This document shows, in pieces, positions 33,050 to 41,399 of a stretch of 41,399 nt of DNA (within the stretch, counting starts at the first letter, position 1; the number at the start of each line of letters is the position of its first letter). The notes below the pieces were generated by a model. The model saw nothing but the letters and a program-made list of their open reading frames with translations. It did not search any database and was not told the origin of the DNA. The translations under genes and the position numbers were made by a program. Source of the DNA: an uncultured Pirellulales bacterium (lineage in GTDB: Bacteria; Planctomycetota; Phycisphaerae; Sedimentisphaerales; Anaerobacaceae); the NCBI GenBank assembly GCA_964477135.1, contig CAYZEH010000002.1, positions 1 to 41,399 of the forward strand, in the 5' to 3' direction.

Positions 33050-35152
33050 TTAAATATCTTCAAGAGTGATCATCGTATCGACTGCAAGAGGTGTAACACT
33101 CTCATGGCCTACAACAAAAGGATTAATATCTATTTCTTTAATCTGAGGAAACTCCATCGCAAGCTGAGAAAGCCTTTGCAGAGCTTCCGCTATCAAATCC
33201 AGACCGACCCCATCACCTTCTTTTCCACCTGTCAGCATATGATAAGTCTGCGTACGCACAAGCATCTCCTTAGCTTCATCAGCCGTCAAGGGTGCAGGAT
33301 AAAACGCAACATCCTCAAGAACCTCTACCAACTTGCCCCCCATCCCAAACATCATCAAAGGCCCAAAACGCCTGTCGCGGTGCATACCAAGTATAACCTC
33401 TTGCCCCTGCTTACACATCTGCTCAACAACAATTCCCGATATCTTTGCTTCCGGCAGTTTTTGAGGGATCCTGTACATCATAAGATCAAACCCGTCACGC
33501 ACCGCCTGGTTACCAACAATATTAACTTTAACACCACCAAATTTCATCTTATGAATAATATCCGGAGACCAAATCTTAAGCACTACCGGATAACCTATCT
33601 GATTTGCGATATTAACCGCCTGCTCAGCTGACGTGGCAACTGCGCCTTTCGGAATAGTAAACCCATAAGCTTCGAGAATCTCCTTACTTCGCATCTCACC
33701 GATCTCATATTTCTTTTGTTTCAGGCATCTGGAAATAACTCCTTCCACTTTTCGCCGATTCACAGAGAACATCTTAACAACTCTCTTAGGCCTTGACCGC
33801 CACTTACTATAGCCAGCCATCACCTTAGCTGTAGCAACCGCACTTTCCGGCGAATCATAATAAGGAACACCGCCTTCCCACAATACTTTCAGCGACTCAC
33901 TGATCTTGCTGGCACCGAGGAAACAAGCCAGTATAGGCTTATGTCCATTTTCCTTTGAAACTTTTACTACCGCCTCAGCCGTAGCTATGCACTCGGTCAT
34001 CGCATGAGGACTAAGCATCACCAATACGGTATCAACATTCTCATCCTCAACAACAGCTTTCAAAACCAGCTCATACCTGTCCGCAAGAGCATCTCCCAAA
34101 AGATCGATCGGGTTATCAATATTCGCAACATCAGAAAGATTTTCAGCGAGCATTTTTGTAGTTTTTTCGGTAAATCGGGCAAGGGTAAGCCCTTCTCTGT
34201 CAATAGCATCCGCCGCCATAATCCCCGCTCCACCTGCATTAGCTATTACCGCAATTCTGTCAGACTTGGGTAAAGGCTGAGTCGCAAAAGCCCGCGAAAA
34301 ATCAAACTGCACCTTAATAGATTCACACCTGATAACCCCCGCCCTTTCAAAAATGCATTCATAAGCACTTTCGCTACCCATAAGTCTGCCGGTATGAGAT
34401 GATGCGGCCCTGGCGCCAAATTCAGTTACGCCGGACTTCATAAGCAATATCGGTTTTTCCTTGCTTATCATCTCTGCCATACGAATAAACGCATCACCAT
34501 CACCAATCGTCTCAAGATAGCCTGCGATAACTTTTGTGTCTTCATCTTTACCCAATGCCTCCATAACATCGAGTTCATTAATATCAGCCTTATTGCCAAT
34601 ACTTATAAGTTTACTAAAACCGATCCCTATAGTATTGGCCATATCCACAATCGCCGCCATTATAGAACCTGACTGTGAAAAATAACTTATTGGCCCTTCT
34701 GCAGGCAATATCCCCGCAAAACTGGCATTGAGTTTTTTTCCCGGCAGCATCATACCTATACAGTTAGGTCCGATCAGTCGCATATCACTGCTGCGGACAA
34801 TCCTGAGGAGCTCTTTTTCAAGCTTTTCCCCCTCTTGCCCGGCCTCCTTAAATCCGGAAGATATAACGATAACCGACTTACAACCAATATTAATGCATTG
34901 TCGTATATTCCCAATTACATGCTTAGCAGGAACTACGATCACAACAAGATCAGGTTTTTCCGGCAGATCCTCAAGAGACTTGTAGCTTTTCATCCCCAAA
35001 ATAACATCAGCATTAGGATTAACAGCAAATATGCTGCCTGAATAATCCGAACTTATTGCCGCGGATAGTATTTCATATCCAACCTTGCCTTTCGCACGCG
35101 ATGCTCCCACTATCGCAACAGAATGAGGATCAAAAAAATGCCTTAAACTCAT
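33050..35152 (-). CDS. ADP-forming acetyl-CoA synthetase (fused alpha/beta, NDP-forming acyl-CoA synthetase family)
   Basis: CoA-binding N-terminus FFDPHSVAIVGAS, the phosphohistidine loop AASSHTGRLMG, and a C-terminal ATP-grasp domain. The start is set at ATG 35152 (SD GAGGTGGAA) rather than GTG 35182. Confidence 0.85.
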   Translation of the reverse strand: MSLRHFFDPHSVAIVGASRAKGKVGYEILSAAISSDYSGSIFAVNPNADVILGMKSYKSLEDLPEKPDLVVIVVPAKHVIGNIRQCINIGCKSVIVISSGFKEAGQEGEKLEKELLRIVRSSDMRLIGPNCIGMMLPGKKLNASFAGILPAEGPISYFSQSGSIMAAIVDMANTIGIGFSKLISIGNKADINELDVMEALGKDEDTKVIAGYLETIGDGDAFIRMAEMISKEKPILLMKSGVTEFGARAASSHTGRLMGSESAYECIFERAGVIRCESIKVQFDFSRAFATQPLPKSDRIAVIANAGGAGIMAADAIDREGLTLARFTEKTTKMLAENLSDVANIDNPIDLLGDALADRYELVLKAVVEDENVDTVLVMLSPHAMTECIATAEAVVKVSKENGHKPILACFLGASKISESLKVLWEGGVPYYDSPESAVATAKVMAGYSKWRSRPKRVVKMFSVNRRKVEGVISRCLKQKKYEIGEMRSKEILEAYGFTIPKGAVATSAEQAVNIANQIGYPVVLKIWSPDIIHKMKFGGVKVNIVGNQAVRDGFDLMMYRIPQKLPEAKISGIVVEQMCKQGQEVILGMHRDRRFGPLMMFGMGGKLVEVLEDVAFYPAPLTADEAKEMLVRTQTYHMLTGGKEGDGVGLDLIAEALQRLSQLAMEFPQIKEIDINPFVVGHESVTPLAVDTMITLEDI

Positions 35153-35325
35153 TTCCACCTCAGAATTTCTCAAAACATCCACAAATATAAGACCACTGAC
35201 GCCCCATTTTTACACAAAAGACCAGCCTTTGTAAAGAATTTTTGTCACTTTTTCAACAACCTTTATTGCGATAAACAACTTTTTTCAAGAACAAAAAACC
35301 ACCCTCACTGGCAACAGACTGATTT

Positions 35326-35808
35326 TCACTGCTGAAAACGAAGGACACAAAAGTCATCCCCTTTACATTGCTGCCTTTTCAGCTCAAAGTTTATTTTATC
35401 CCCGAATTCTTTCGCCCAGGTTCCATATTCTGCAACACAAACCCTGTCACCTATTGCCGCCCCAAGTTCTTCCCTGTTGCTGTTCTGCAATATCTCAAGC
35501 CACGGACACTTATTTATCGTTACCGTAAATCCCCTGCCGTCGCTGTCTTTCTCTACATGAAAATCAAAACCGTCAATCCTCAGCTTCTCCATAAACCCGT
35601 CAAAAAGCCCTTCCACACCATCAGCCAAACCCGCCAAATCTTTCATTTTACGAGCCTGTATCTTCGCCAGAACCTTCCATACCTGCTCATCAATTTCCAA
35701 TGCCTTATCAAATCCGAACTGCTCCTGAACCTTAACAAACCACAACCCATCGACAGCAGCATAAGACCTGTGAAGATACTGTGCTCTTTTCGTTTCATCC
35801 AATAACAT
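35326..35808 (-). CDS. Small Cys-motif protein, possibly ATC-hydrolase-like / DUF family
   Basis: 160 aa. The C-terminal pattern KCPW...CVAEY...CKGDDFCVLRF resembles the L-2-amino-thiazoline-4-carboxylate hydrolase-like family. The assignment is tentative. Confidence 0.35.
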   Translation of the reverse strand: MLLDETKRAQYLHRSYAAVDGLWFVKVQEQFGFDKALEIDEQVWKVLAKIQARKMKDLAGLADGVEGLFDGFMEKLRIDGFDFHVEKDSDGRGFTVTINKCPWLEILQNSNREELGAAIGDRVCVAEYGTWAKEFGDKINFELKRQQCKGDDFCVLRFQQ

Positions 35809-36114
35809 ATTTTGACCTCTGTTAAATTTCTGTTACTTTTCCCCTGGTACAGTTCTAACCAGATTCCAACCTCTTATTATCTTATAAACTTTTGAAATAA
35901 AATCTTACACTGTGATATTTCGCTATCAAACATTTATCTTTATCAAAAGACTCCGGGATATTACGCAACAAATCCCTTATCGCACTACAAGAAAATATAT
36001 TAGGTAATTTTTTCGTTTATTAAAAATGCGGACAACCGGGCTTCTCAAAAAACGTTCTTCTGGTCTGGCTGCGGCAAAGCGATCTGAGTGTTCACGATGA
36101 ATTTTAACTAAAAA

Positions 36115-37074
36115 TCAACTCGAAACTTCAGGGCAAGACATAATATAGTTCATTATATCGCTCATCTTCGCCGTCGCAACAGCTATCGTGCAATCGGCAG
36201 CTCCATAATAAAGATTCAACTGGTCAGTCTCCTTGCTGACAGTAACCCCTGACGGAAAAATGACCCCGCCCACATCTCCAACCTGTTCATACAACTCACG
36301 AGGACCAAGTATCCACTCATCCCCCCGCCTTAAAACCTTCCATGGCTCATTAAGATCAAGCAACACCAACCCAAGACGATACAAAGCGCCGGCTGTAGTA
36401 TTGCGAACACCATGATAAAACATAAGCCAACCCTGTGGTGTTTCAACTGGCTGACATGCCAACCCAACCCTGTGGCAATCCCAGTATGCATGTCTCGATG
36501 GTATAAGCATAGTATGGTCGCCCCAGTGTTTTAGATCAGGTGAAAAACTAAGCCAGATATGCGCTTCACCTCTTACGATAGGTCGATGTATCAAAGCAAA
36601 CCGGCCTCTGAATCTGCGAGGAAAAAGACACGCATCCTTATCCTCAGGAGGAAGCAACACACCAAGACGCGCAAAAGTCTTAAAATTTTTCGTTATCGCA
36701 AGCGAAACTACAGGTCCACCTTCACTGAAAGACGTATAGGTAATCGCATACTGCTTTTGTTCCTCAAGCCAGATAATCCTCGGATCCTCGAGCCCCCACC
36801 TTTCCTCACGGTTGCTATGGTCAGCTTCCATCGTAGGCTCTGAATCTATCTGCCAATTTGTAAACCCATCAGCACTTCTGGCAGCGGTCAAATGAGAAAA
36901 CCCCCGCATGTCCTCAACACGGGCAAGTATAAGCGTTTCATTATTGATCTTTATCGCAGCAGGATTCATCACAGCATTAGCAGGGTAAGGCCAATCCCCA
37001 GGCTTTAGAATCGGATTTCCCTCATATTTCGTAAAAAGCTCATTAGCTTTCTTCTGCAATTCAAAGTTAGGCAT
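36115..37074 (-). CDS. Glycoside hydrolase family 130 protein (second, divergent paralogue)
   Basis: 319 aa. YEGNPILKPGDWPYPANAVMNPAAI...ARVED, YYGAAD near the C-terminus, and overall collinearity with the 18522-19523 protein. Confidence 0.78.
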   Translation of the reverse strand: MPNFELQKKANELFTKYEGNPILKPGDWPYPANAVMNPAAIKINNETLILARVEDMRGFSHLTAARSADGFTNWQIDSEPTMEADHSNREERWGLEDPRIIWLEEQKQYAITYTSFSEGGPVVSLAITKNFKTFARLGVLLPPEDKDACLFPRRFRGRFALIHRPIVRGEAHIWLSFSPDLKHWGDHTMLIPSRHAYWDCHRVGLACQPVETPQGWLMFYHGVRNTTAGALYRLGLVLLDLNEPWKVLRRGDEWILGPRELYEQVGDVGGVIFPSGVTVSKETDQLNLYYGAADCTIAVATAKMSDIMNYIMSCPEVSS

Positions 37075-37496
37075 AATATCATCCCTAAAACTGCTGTTAA
37101 CTAAAGATTTTTCTCTTTGTTCCCATTATAATCGGCTATAGGGCCATTTCCGAATAAACCAATGTACAACTTTAAATCCAAATTTCAAATAAAAATCAAT
37201 CGTTTCCAAAAAAACCTTAGATATTCCCCCCCTATCTTTATCAATCAACAAAATAGCTGACAATATCGCTTTGATTTTCGAGCTGATATTTTTAACTCTC
37301 TTCACAGGAACATATAGTGGGAAATTTTATAAAAACCAGAACCAGAAGTATAAATTTGCCAACCAACCATCTCCAGCAACTTCCAAACGCAAAGCTGTCA
37401 ACCCCGAAACGATACTTATTGACTATTCTCGCAGCATCTGTTACTTTTACCGCTGTTATGTTTAATATTTCCTGTCGTTGTAAAGGTATAGAAGAT

Positions 37497-38129
37497 ATGC
37501 AGATAAAAACTCTGATTTTAGGATTATATGAAAATAACAGCTACATTGTTCGCCAAAATGAAACTTCAAAGGACTGTGTCATCATAGATACTGCTCTCGA
37601 TGTCACAGAAATGATAGATTATCTAAAAGACAACAACTTAAATCCGGTTGCGATAGTTTTAACTCATGGCCACATGGATCACATCTTCGGCGTAAAGCCT
37701 CTGCGAAAAACTTACCCCGAAATAAAAGTATACATCCACAAACTTGATGCTCACATGCTAACCGACGGCAACGCAAATCTATCAATGCTCTCAGGAGTAG
37801 GCTTCAATACCGATGCCGCAGAACACCTTTTCGATGAGCCTGACATCCTAAAACTTGCTGGTATAGAATTGCAGGTATTGCACACCCCAGGTCACACACC
37901 AGGCGGTGTATGCTTTTATAATAAACAAGCAAACGTACTATTCAGCGGCGATACATTATTCGCTGAATCCATAGGCAGAACAGATTTACCCAACGGCTCA
38001 ATGGAGCAACTCATCGAAAACATAAAAACAAAACTCATGCCCCTGCCGGATGAAACTCTCGTCCTCCCAGGTCATGGCCCAAAAACAACTATCGGTCAGG
38101 AAAAAAAATTCAACCAGTACTTGCGATAA
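37497..38129 (+). CDS. MBL-fold metallo-hydrolase (YcbL/glyoxalase II-like)
   Basis: HxHxDH motif THGHMDH, later HTPGHTPG and GDTLF. Starting at ATG 37497 gives a typical 210 aa protein. The 60 aa extension from the tracked 37317 start looks non-coding. Confidence 0.82.
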   Translation: MQIKTLILGLYENNSYIVRQNETSKDCVIIDTALDVTEMIDYLKDNNLNPVAIVLTHGHMDHIFGVKPLRKTYPEIKVYIHKLDAHMLTDGNANLSMLSGVGFNTDAAEHLFDEPDILKLAGIELQVLHTPGHTPGGVCFYNKQANVLFSGDTLFAESIGRTDLPNGSMEQLIENIKTKLMPLPDETLVLPGHGPKTTIGQEKKFNQYLR

Positions 38130-38132
38130 TTA

Positions 38133-38987
38133 CTATATAAAACCATTGCTTAGATTCTCATTCCTGCCGTCGTCAGCATCGTATGTGCTGCTGTCCTGAA
38201 TATCGCTTTTAATACGAACACGTTCAATCTTTTCAGCGACTTTTGTATTACTGTCAACCGTCACAATTATCCCGTTGATCTGCACATCATCCTTGGCTAT
38301 GGCAAATGGATAAGGCATCTGCGTACGAAAAGATTTAAGCACATTTTCTTTATCCCTGCCAAGCACCGAGTCATGTGGCCCAGTCATCCCAATATCTGTA
38401 ATATAAGCAGTTCCCTTTGGCAATATTTTTTCATCAGCAGTCGCAACATGAGTATGCGTACCGAAACAACAGCTAACCTTGCCATCCAGATAATACCCCA
38501 TCGCTACTTTCTCACTCGTCGCCTCTGCATGCATCTCAACAAAAATAATATCCGCATTTTGTTTAAGCTTAGGCAATATTTTATCTATCGCACCAAAAGG
38601 ACAATCCGCGGGCTTCATAAAAATCCTGCCTATCAAAGATACTATCGCAATTTGAAATCCCTTAAAACAATGATAAACAGCCCAGCCCTTACCAGCTGAC
38701 AATTCAGACATATTCGCAGGTCTGACAATATCATCCGCTGTTTCAAGGATAGAAATAATATCCCTTTTGCGATAAGTATGGTCCCCCAGAGTTATCAAAT
38801 TAACGCCGTAACGCTGCAATTTGTTATATATTTGAGGAGTCAGCCCAGAACCGCCAGCAGCATTTTCCGCATTAACAATAACGCAATCAATGCTCCTCTG
38901 CTCAACAAGTCCTTTAAGCTCCTCGGCAAGAACTCGCCTGCCTGGTTTACCGACAATGTCACCAATACATAGAATATTTAATTTCAT
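38133..38987 (-). CDS. ymdB: YmdB-like metallophosphoesterase (TIGR00282; 2',3'-cyclic-nucleotide phosphodiesterase)
   Basis: MKLNILCIGDIVGKPGR, NAENAAGGSG and GTHTHV motifs. Located immediately downstream of rny, as in Bacillus. Confidence 0.85.
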   Translation of the reverse strand: MKLNILCIGDIVGKPGRRVLAEELKGLVEQRSIDCVIVNAENAAGGSGLTPQIYNKLQRYGVNLITLGDHTYRKRDIISILETADDIVRPANMSELSAGKGWAVYHCFKGFQIAIVSLIGRIFMKPADCPFGAIDKILPKLKQNADIIFVEMHAEATSEKVAMGYYLDGKVSCCFGTHTHVATADEKILPKGTAYITDIGMTGPHDSVLGRDKENVLKSFRTQMPYPFAIAKDDVQINGIIVTVDSNTKVAEKIERVRIKSDIQDSSTYDADDGRNENLSNGFI

Positions 38988-38993
38988 TTTTAA

Positions 38994-40577
38994 TTACTTG
39001 GCATATTCAATACAACGAACTTCACGCAGAAGCGTAACCTGTATTTCACCAGGATACGTCATCTCATTTTCAACTTTTATTGCTATATCACGCGCTATCT
39101 TTGTCGCCGATTCGTCATCTATCTGTTCCGCATTGACAATAACGCGAATCTCACGACCCGCTTGAATAGCATACGCTGTATCAACACCCTTAAAACCAGT
39201 AGCGATTTCTTCGAGCTTTTCAAGCCTCTTAATATAACGCTCCAAAGTTTCCCTTCTTGCCCCAGGTCTCGATGCACTGATAGCATCTGCCGCAGCAACA
39301 AGCGGGGTATAAGGATTATCAGCTACTATGTCTCCATGGTGAGCTCCGACAGCATTTAAAATTATCGGCGACTCATTGAAACGCTTCAGGAAGTTAGCAC
39401 CGATCTCCGGATGACCACCTTCGATCTCATGGTCGATCGCCTTGCCGATATCATGTAACAAACCCGCTCGTCTTGCAATTGAACCATCAAGCTCAAGCTC
39501 CTCTGCCATTATCTGAGAAAGGAACGCAACCTCGATGCTGTGACGCAAAACATTCTGACCATAACTTGTTCTGTAATTCAAAGCCCCGAGCAGACTTAAT
39601 ATCCTGTTACTTAAACCTCTGATATTAGCCTCAACAGCAGCATCTTTACCAATCTGTAAGACTTTCTGATTAACATCTTTCTTAGTTTGAACAACCAGCT
39701 CCTCTATTCGCGATGGATGGATTCGACCATCCTGAATAAGCTTTTCCATCGCAAGCCTTGCCACCTCACGCCTTACCGGATTAAAACCGCTGACAATAAT
39801 CAAACCAGGCGTATCATCGACGATAACATCAACACCGGTAGCTTTCTCAAAAGCACGAATATTCCGACCTTCTCGGCCAATTATACGCCCTTTCATATCA
39901 TCACTGGGAATCTCAACCGTAGAAACTGTCGCCTCACAAGTCTGCTCAGCTGCATAACGCTGAATCGCGGTACTGATTATCTCCCTGCTTTTATCGTTAA
40001 CGGTTTCGTTCGTCTCCTCAAGCTTCCTCTGGATAAGAGATGACATCTCATGCTCACACTCATCCTCAAGTCGTTTCAAAAGAAGCTCTTTCGCATCTTC
40101 GACACCCATAGCGGTAATCTTCAACAACTGATTCTTCTGTTGACCCAGCAATGTAGTAACTTGTTTTTCTTTGGCAGTAACTTTCTGAAAACGCTTATCG
40201 ATTTCCTTGCTCTGCTGCTTATTAGTTCTTTCCTGCTGCTGCTGCAAATCAGTCTGCTTGTCGACACTGTCTTCACGCTTGGTCAATCTGACTTCTGATT
40301 CCCGCAACTCAACCCGAATCTGATTGGCCTCTGCGGCAAACTGTTCTTTCTTCTTAATTGCCTCTTCAGCTGCATCAATTCGTGCTGATTTAATAATATT
40401 CTCAGCCTCCCGCTTAGCACTTTCAAGTTGTCTTTTAATGTCCTGCTCAACGGTCTTAGATCTGGCTTTTGAGATCATCTGGAAAACGACAGCCGCCAGA
40501 CAAATTCCTAAAAGCAAACCAACGATAGTTGCTACTGCAACCGGCAACTCGACGATAACCATTAATATATCAAACAT
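38994..40577 (-). CDS. rny: Ribonuclease Y
   Basis: N-terminal TM helix, coiled coil, KH domain ([15 protein letters not shown]) and HD domain (LLHDIGK...GAHHGD). The start is set at ATG 40577 (SD GAAAGGCAGGGGAAT) rather than 40631. Confidence 0.92.
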   Translation of the reverse strand: MFDILMVIVELPVAVATIVGLLLGICLAAVVFQMISKARSKTVEQDIKRQLESAKREAENIIKSARIDAAEEAIKKKEQFAAEANQIRVELRESEVRLTKREDSVDKQTDLQQQQERTNKQQSKEIDKRFQKVTAKEKQVTTLLGQQKNQLLKITAMGVEDAKELLLKRLEDECEHEMSSLIQRKLEETNETVNDKSREIISTAIQRYAAEQTCEATVSTVEIPSDDMKGRIIGREGRNIRAFEKATGVDVIVDDTPGLIIVSGFNPVRREVARLAMEKLIQDGRIHPSRIEELVVQTKKDVNQKVLQIGKDAAVEANIRGLSNRILSLLGALNYRTSYGQNVLRHSIEVAFLSQIMAEELELDGSIARRAGLLHDIGKAIDHEIEGGHPEIGANFLKRFNESPIILNAVGAHHGDIVADNPYTPLVAAADAISASRPGARRETLERYIKRLEKLEEIATGFKGVDTAYAIQAGREIRVIVNAEQIDDESATKIARDIAIKVENEMTYPGEIQVTLLREVRCIEYAK

Positions 40578-41340
40578 ATTCCCCTGCCTTTCTCTTACCT
40601 TAGTTGTTATCACCAGATAGAAACTACCCAATGAAAGCAGATTACGGGGGCTAAATGGAAAGAAAGTTGCAAGAGGCTCTAATTAATGAAATCCTTTTCG
40701 CTAATATTAAATCAACATCACTGCGCCGAATTTGACCGGCAATCAGCCAACTCAAACTCGTAAAGTTTCGAATTTATTCTTAAATTTGTTGATTTATTTG
40801 CTACTAAATACATTTCTAAAATTCTAATGTACGCGAAAAAACATTTTTTATTTAACTATACTCTGCCTTAAACTCGAGTGAAAAGATCAATCTTGAACCT
40901 ATAAATTAAGTCCAGGTCTTCTGTTCACAATAAAATGCTCATCAGCATTCTGCAACTTAAACACTTCTCAAATAACTACCAATCATATTCGATTCTGCCG
41001 GGCTCTGGCCGCATAGTAAAAATTTTTCTCAAAGAGCCTCAACCGCAATCTACTATAAATATTTATAAACCAATGCGTTATGCTATCGCACACACCACTT
41101 ATAGTCAAGGAAAAAAACTCTACCCTCACTGTATTGGATTTATTACTCAAAAACGCTTATTTTTACTTATCAAAGTACAATTTTCACGAAAAATTCGCGA
41201 TAGAGCACTATAAATTATCAAATCGCCCAAAAAACCAGCAAGCTTTACTGATTTTTCATGATATTTATGATTAAACACTCACACAAAACACCAAAATTTC
41301 CCCCAAAAGATAGGGAATGTCTCAAGCTGATAACAAGCTC

Positions 41341-41399
41341 ATAATGCCATTCATGGTAATAAATTTCCGCGAATAAATCCATAACTTCTTATCTTTGAG
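41341..41399 (+). repeat. Mosaic intergenic repeat, copy G (H1 variant - 2a; truncated by window end)
   Basis: ATAATGCCATTCATGGTAATAAATTTCCGCGAATAAATCCATAACTTCTTATCTTTGAG aligns with the first 58 nt of copy A. Module 2a differs from A at only about 3 of 36 positions. Confidence 0.85.

Noticed and set aside
37141-37175. Possible decayed copy of repeat module 2a (CATTTCCGAATAAACCAATGTACAAC versus AATTTCCGCGAATAAATCCATAAC)
   Set aside because: Only about 15-17 nt match convincingly. The CG core and the flanking H1 and module 3 are absent. That is too short to distinguish from chance in AT-rich sequence.
40935-41274. ORFs 40935-41213 (92 aa) and 41080-41274 (64 aa) as genes
   Set aside because: They have no RBS, overlap each other in different frames, and have AT-driven K/I/L/F/Y-rich sequence with no domain resemblance.

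Overview
This 41.4 kb window is moderately AT-rich bacterial chromosome, densely coding and mostly housekeeping. The gene content (lpxD-lpxI, rny-ymdB, GH130 phosphorylases, FG-GAP/TPR exported proteins, membrane-anchored GspE-like ATPases) weakly suggests a PVC-type anaerobe such as Planctomycetota/Phycisphaerae; this is a guess only. Recognisable genes are a MATE exporter, mnmA, lpxD, lpxI, a tandem LPS-kinase-domain protein, the thrS-infC-rpmI-rplT-pheS block on the minus strand, mgtE, pilT, acs, an OFA-type MFS transporter, two GH130 paralogues, an MBL hydrolase and ymdB-rny. No rRNA, tRNA, CRISPR array, transposase or cas gene was seen. Three things stand out. (1) A family of about 80-117 nt modular intergenic repeats that I do not recognise has 7 copies, all on the + strand. 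They fill nearly every + strand intercistronic gap in the first 9.5 kb. Compensatory and G-U-only changes in their hairpins argue for a + strand structured RNA or a BIME/BOX/Correia-like mosaic element. (2) Two paralogous modules pair a membrane-anchored GspE/PilB-like ATPase with a CvpA-like membrane protein. One module follows an FHA protein. The other follows a bona fide PilT and carries a GspE-like protein that has lost all four ATPase motifs but kept its tetracysteine motif. No pilin, platform or secretin genes are in the window. (3) An acetate/lysine-acetylation island has AMP-forming Acs, with its acetylatable SGK motif, plus an MFS transporter, convergent with an operon encoding ADP-forming acetyl-CoA synthetase, a CoA-transferase::GNAT fusion and an AcuC-type deacetylase.
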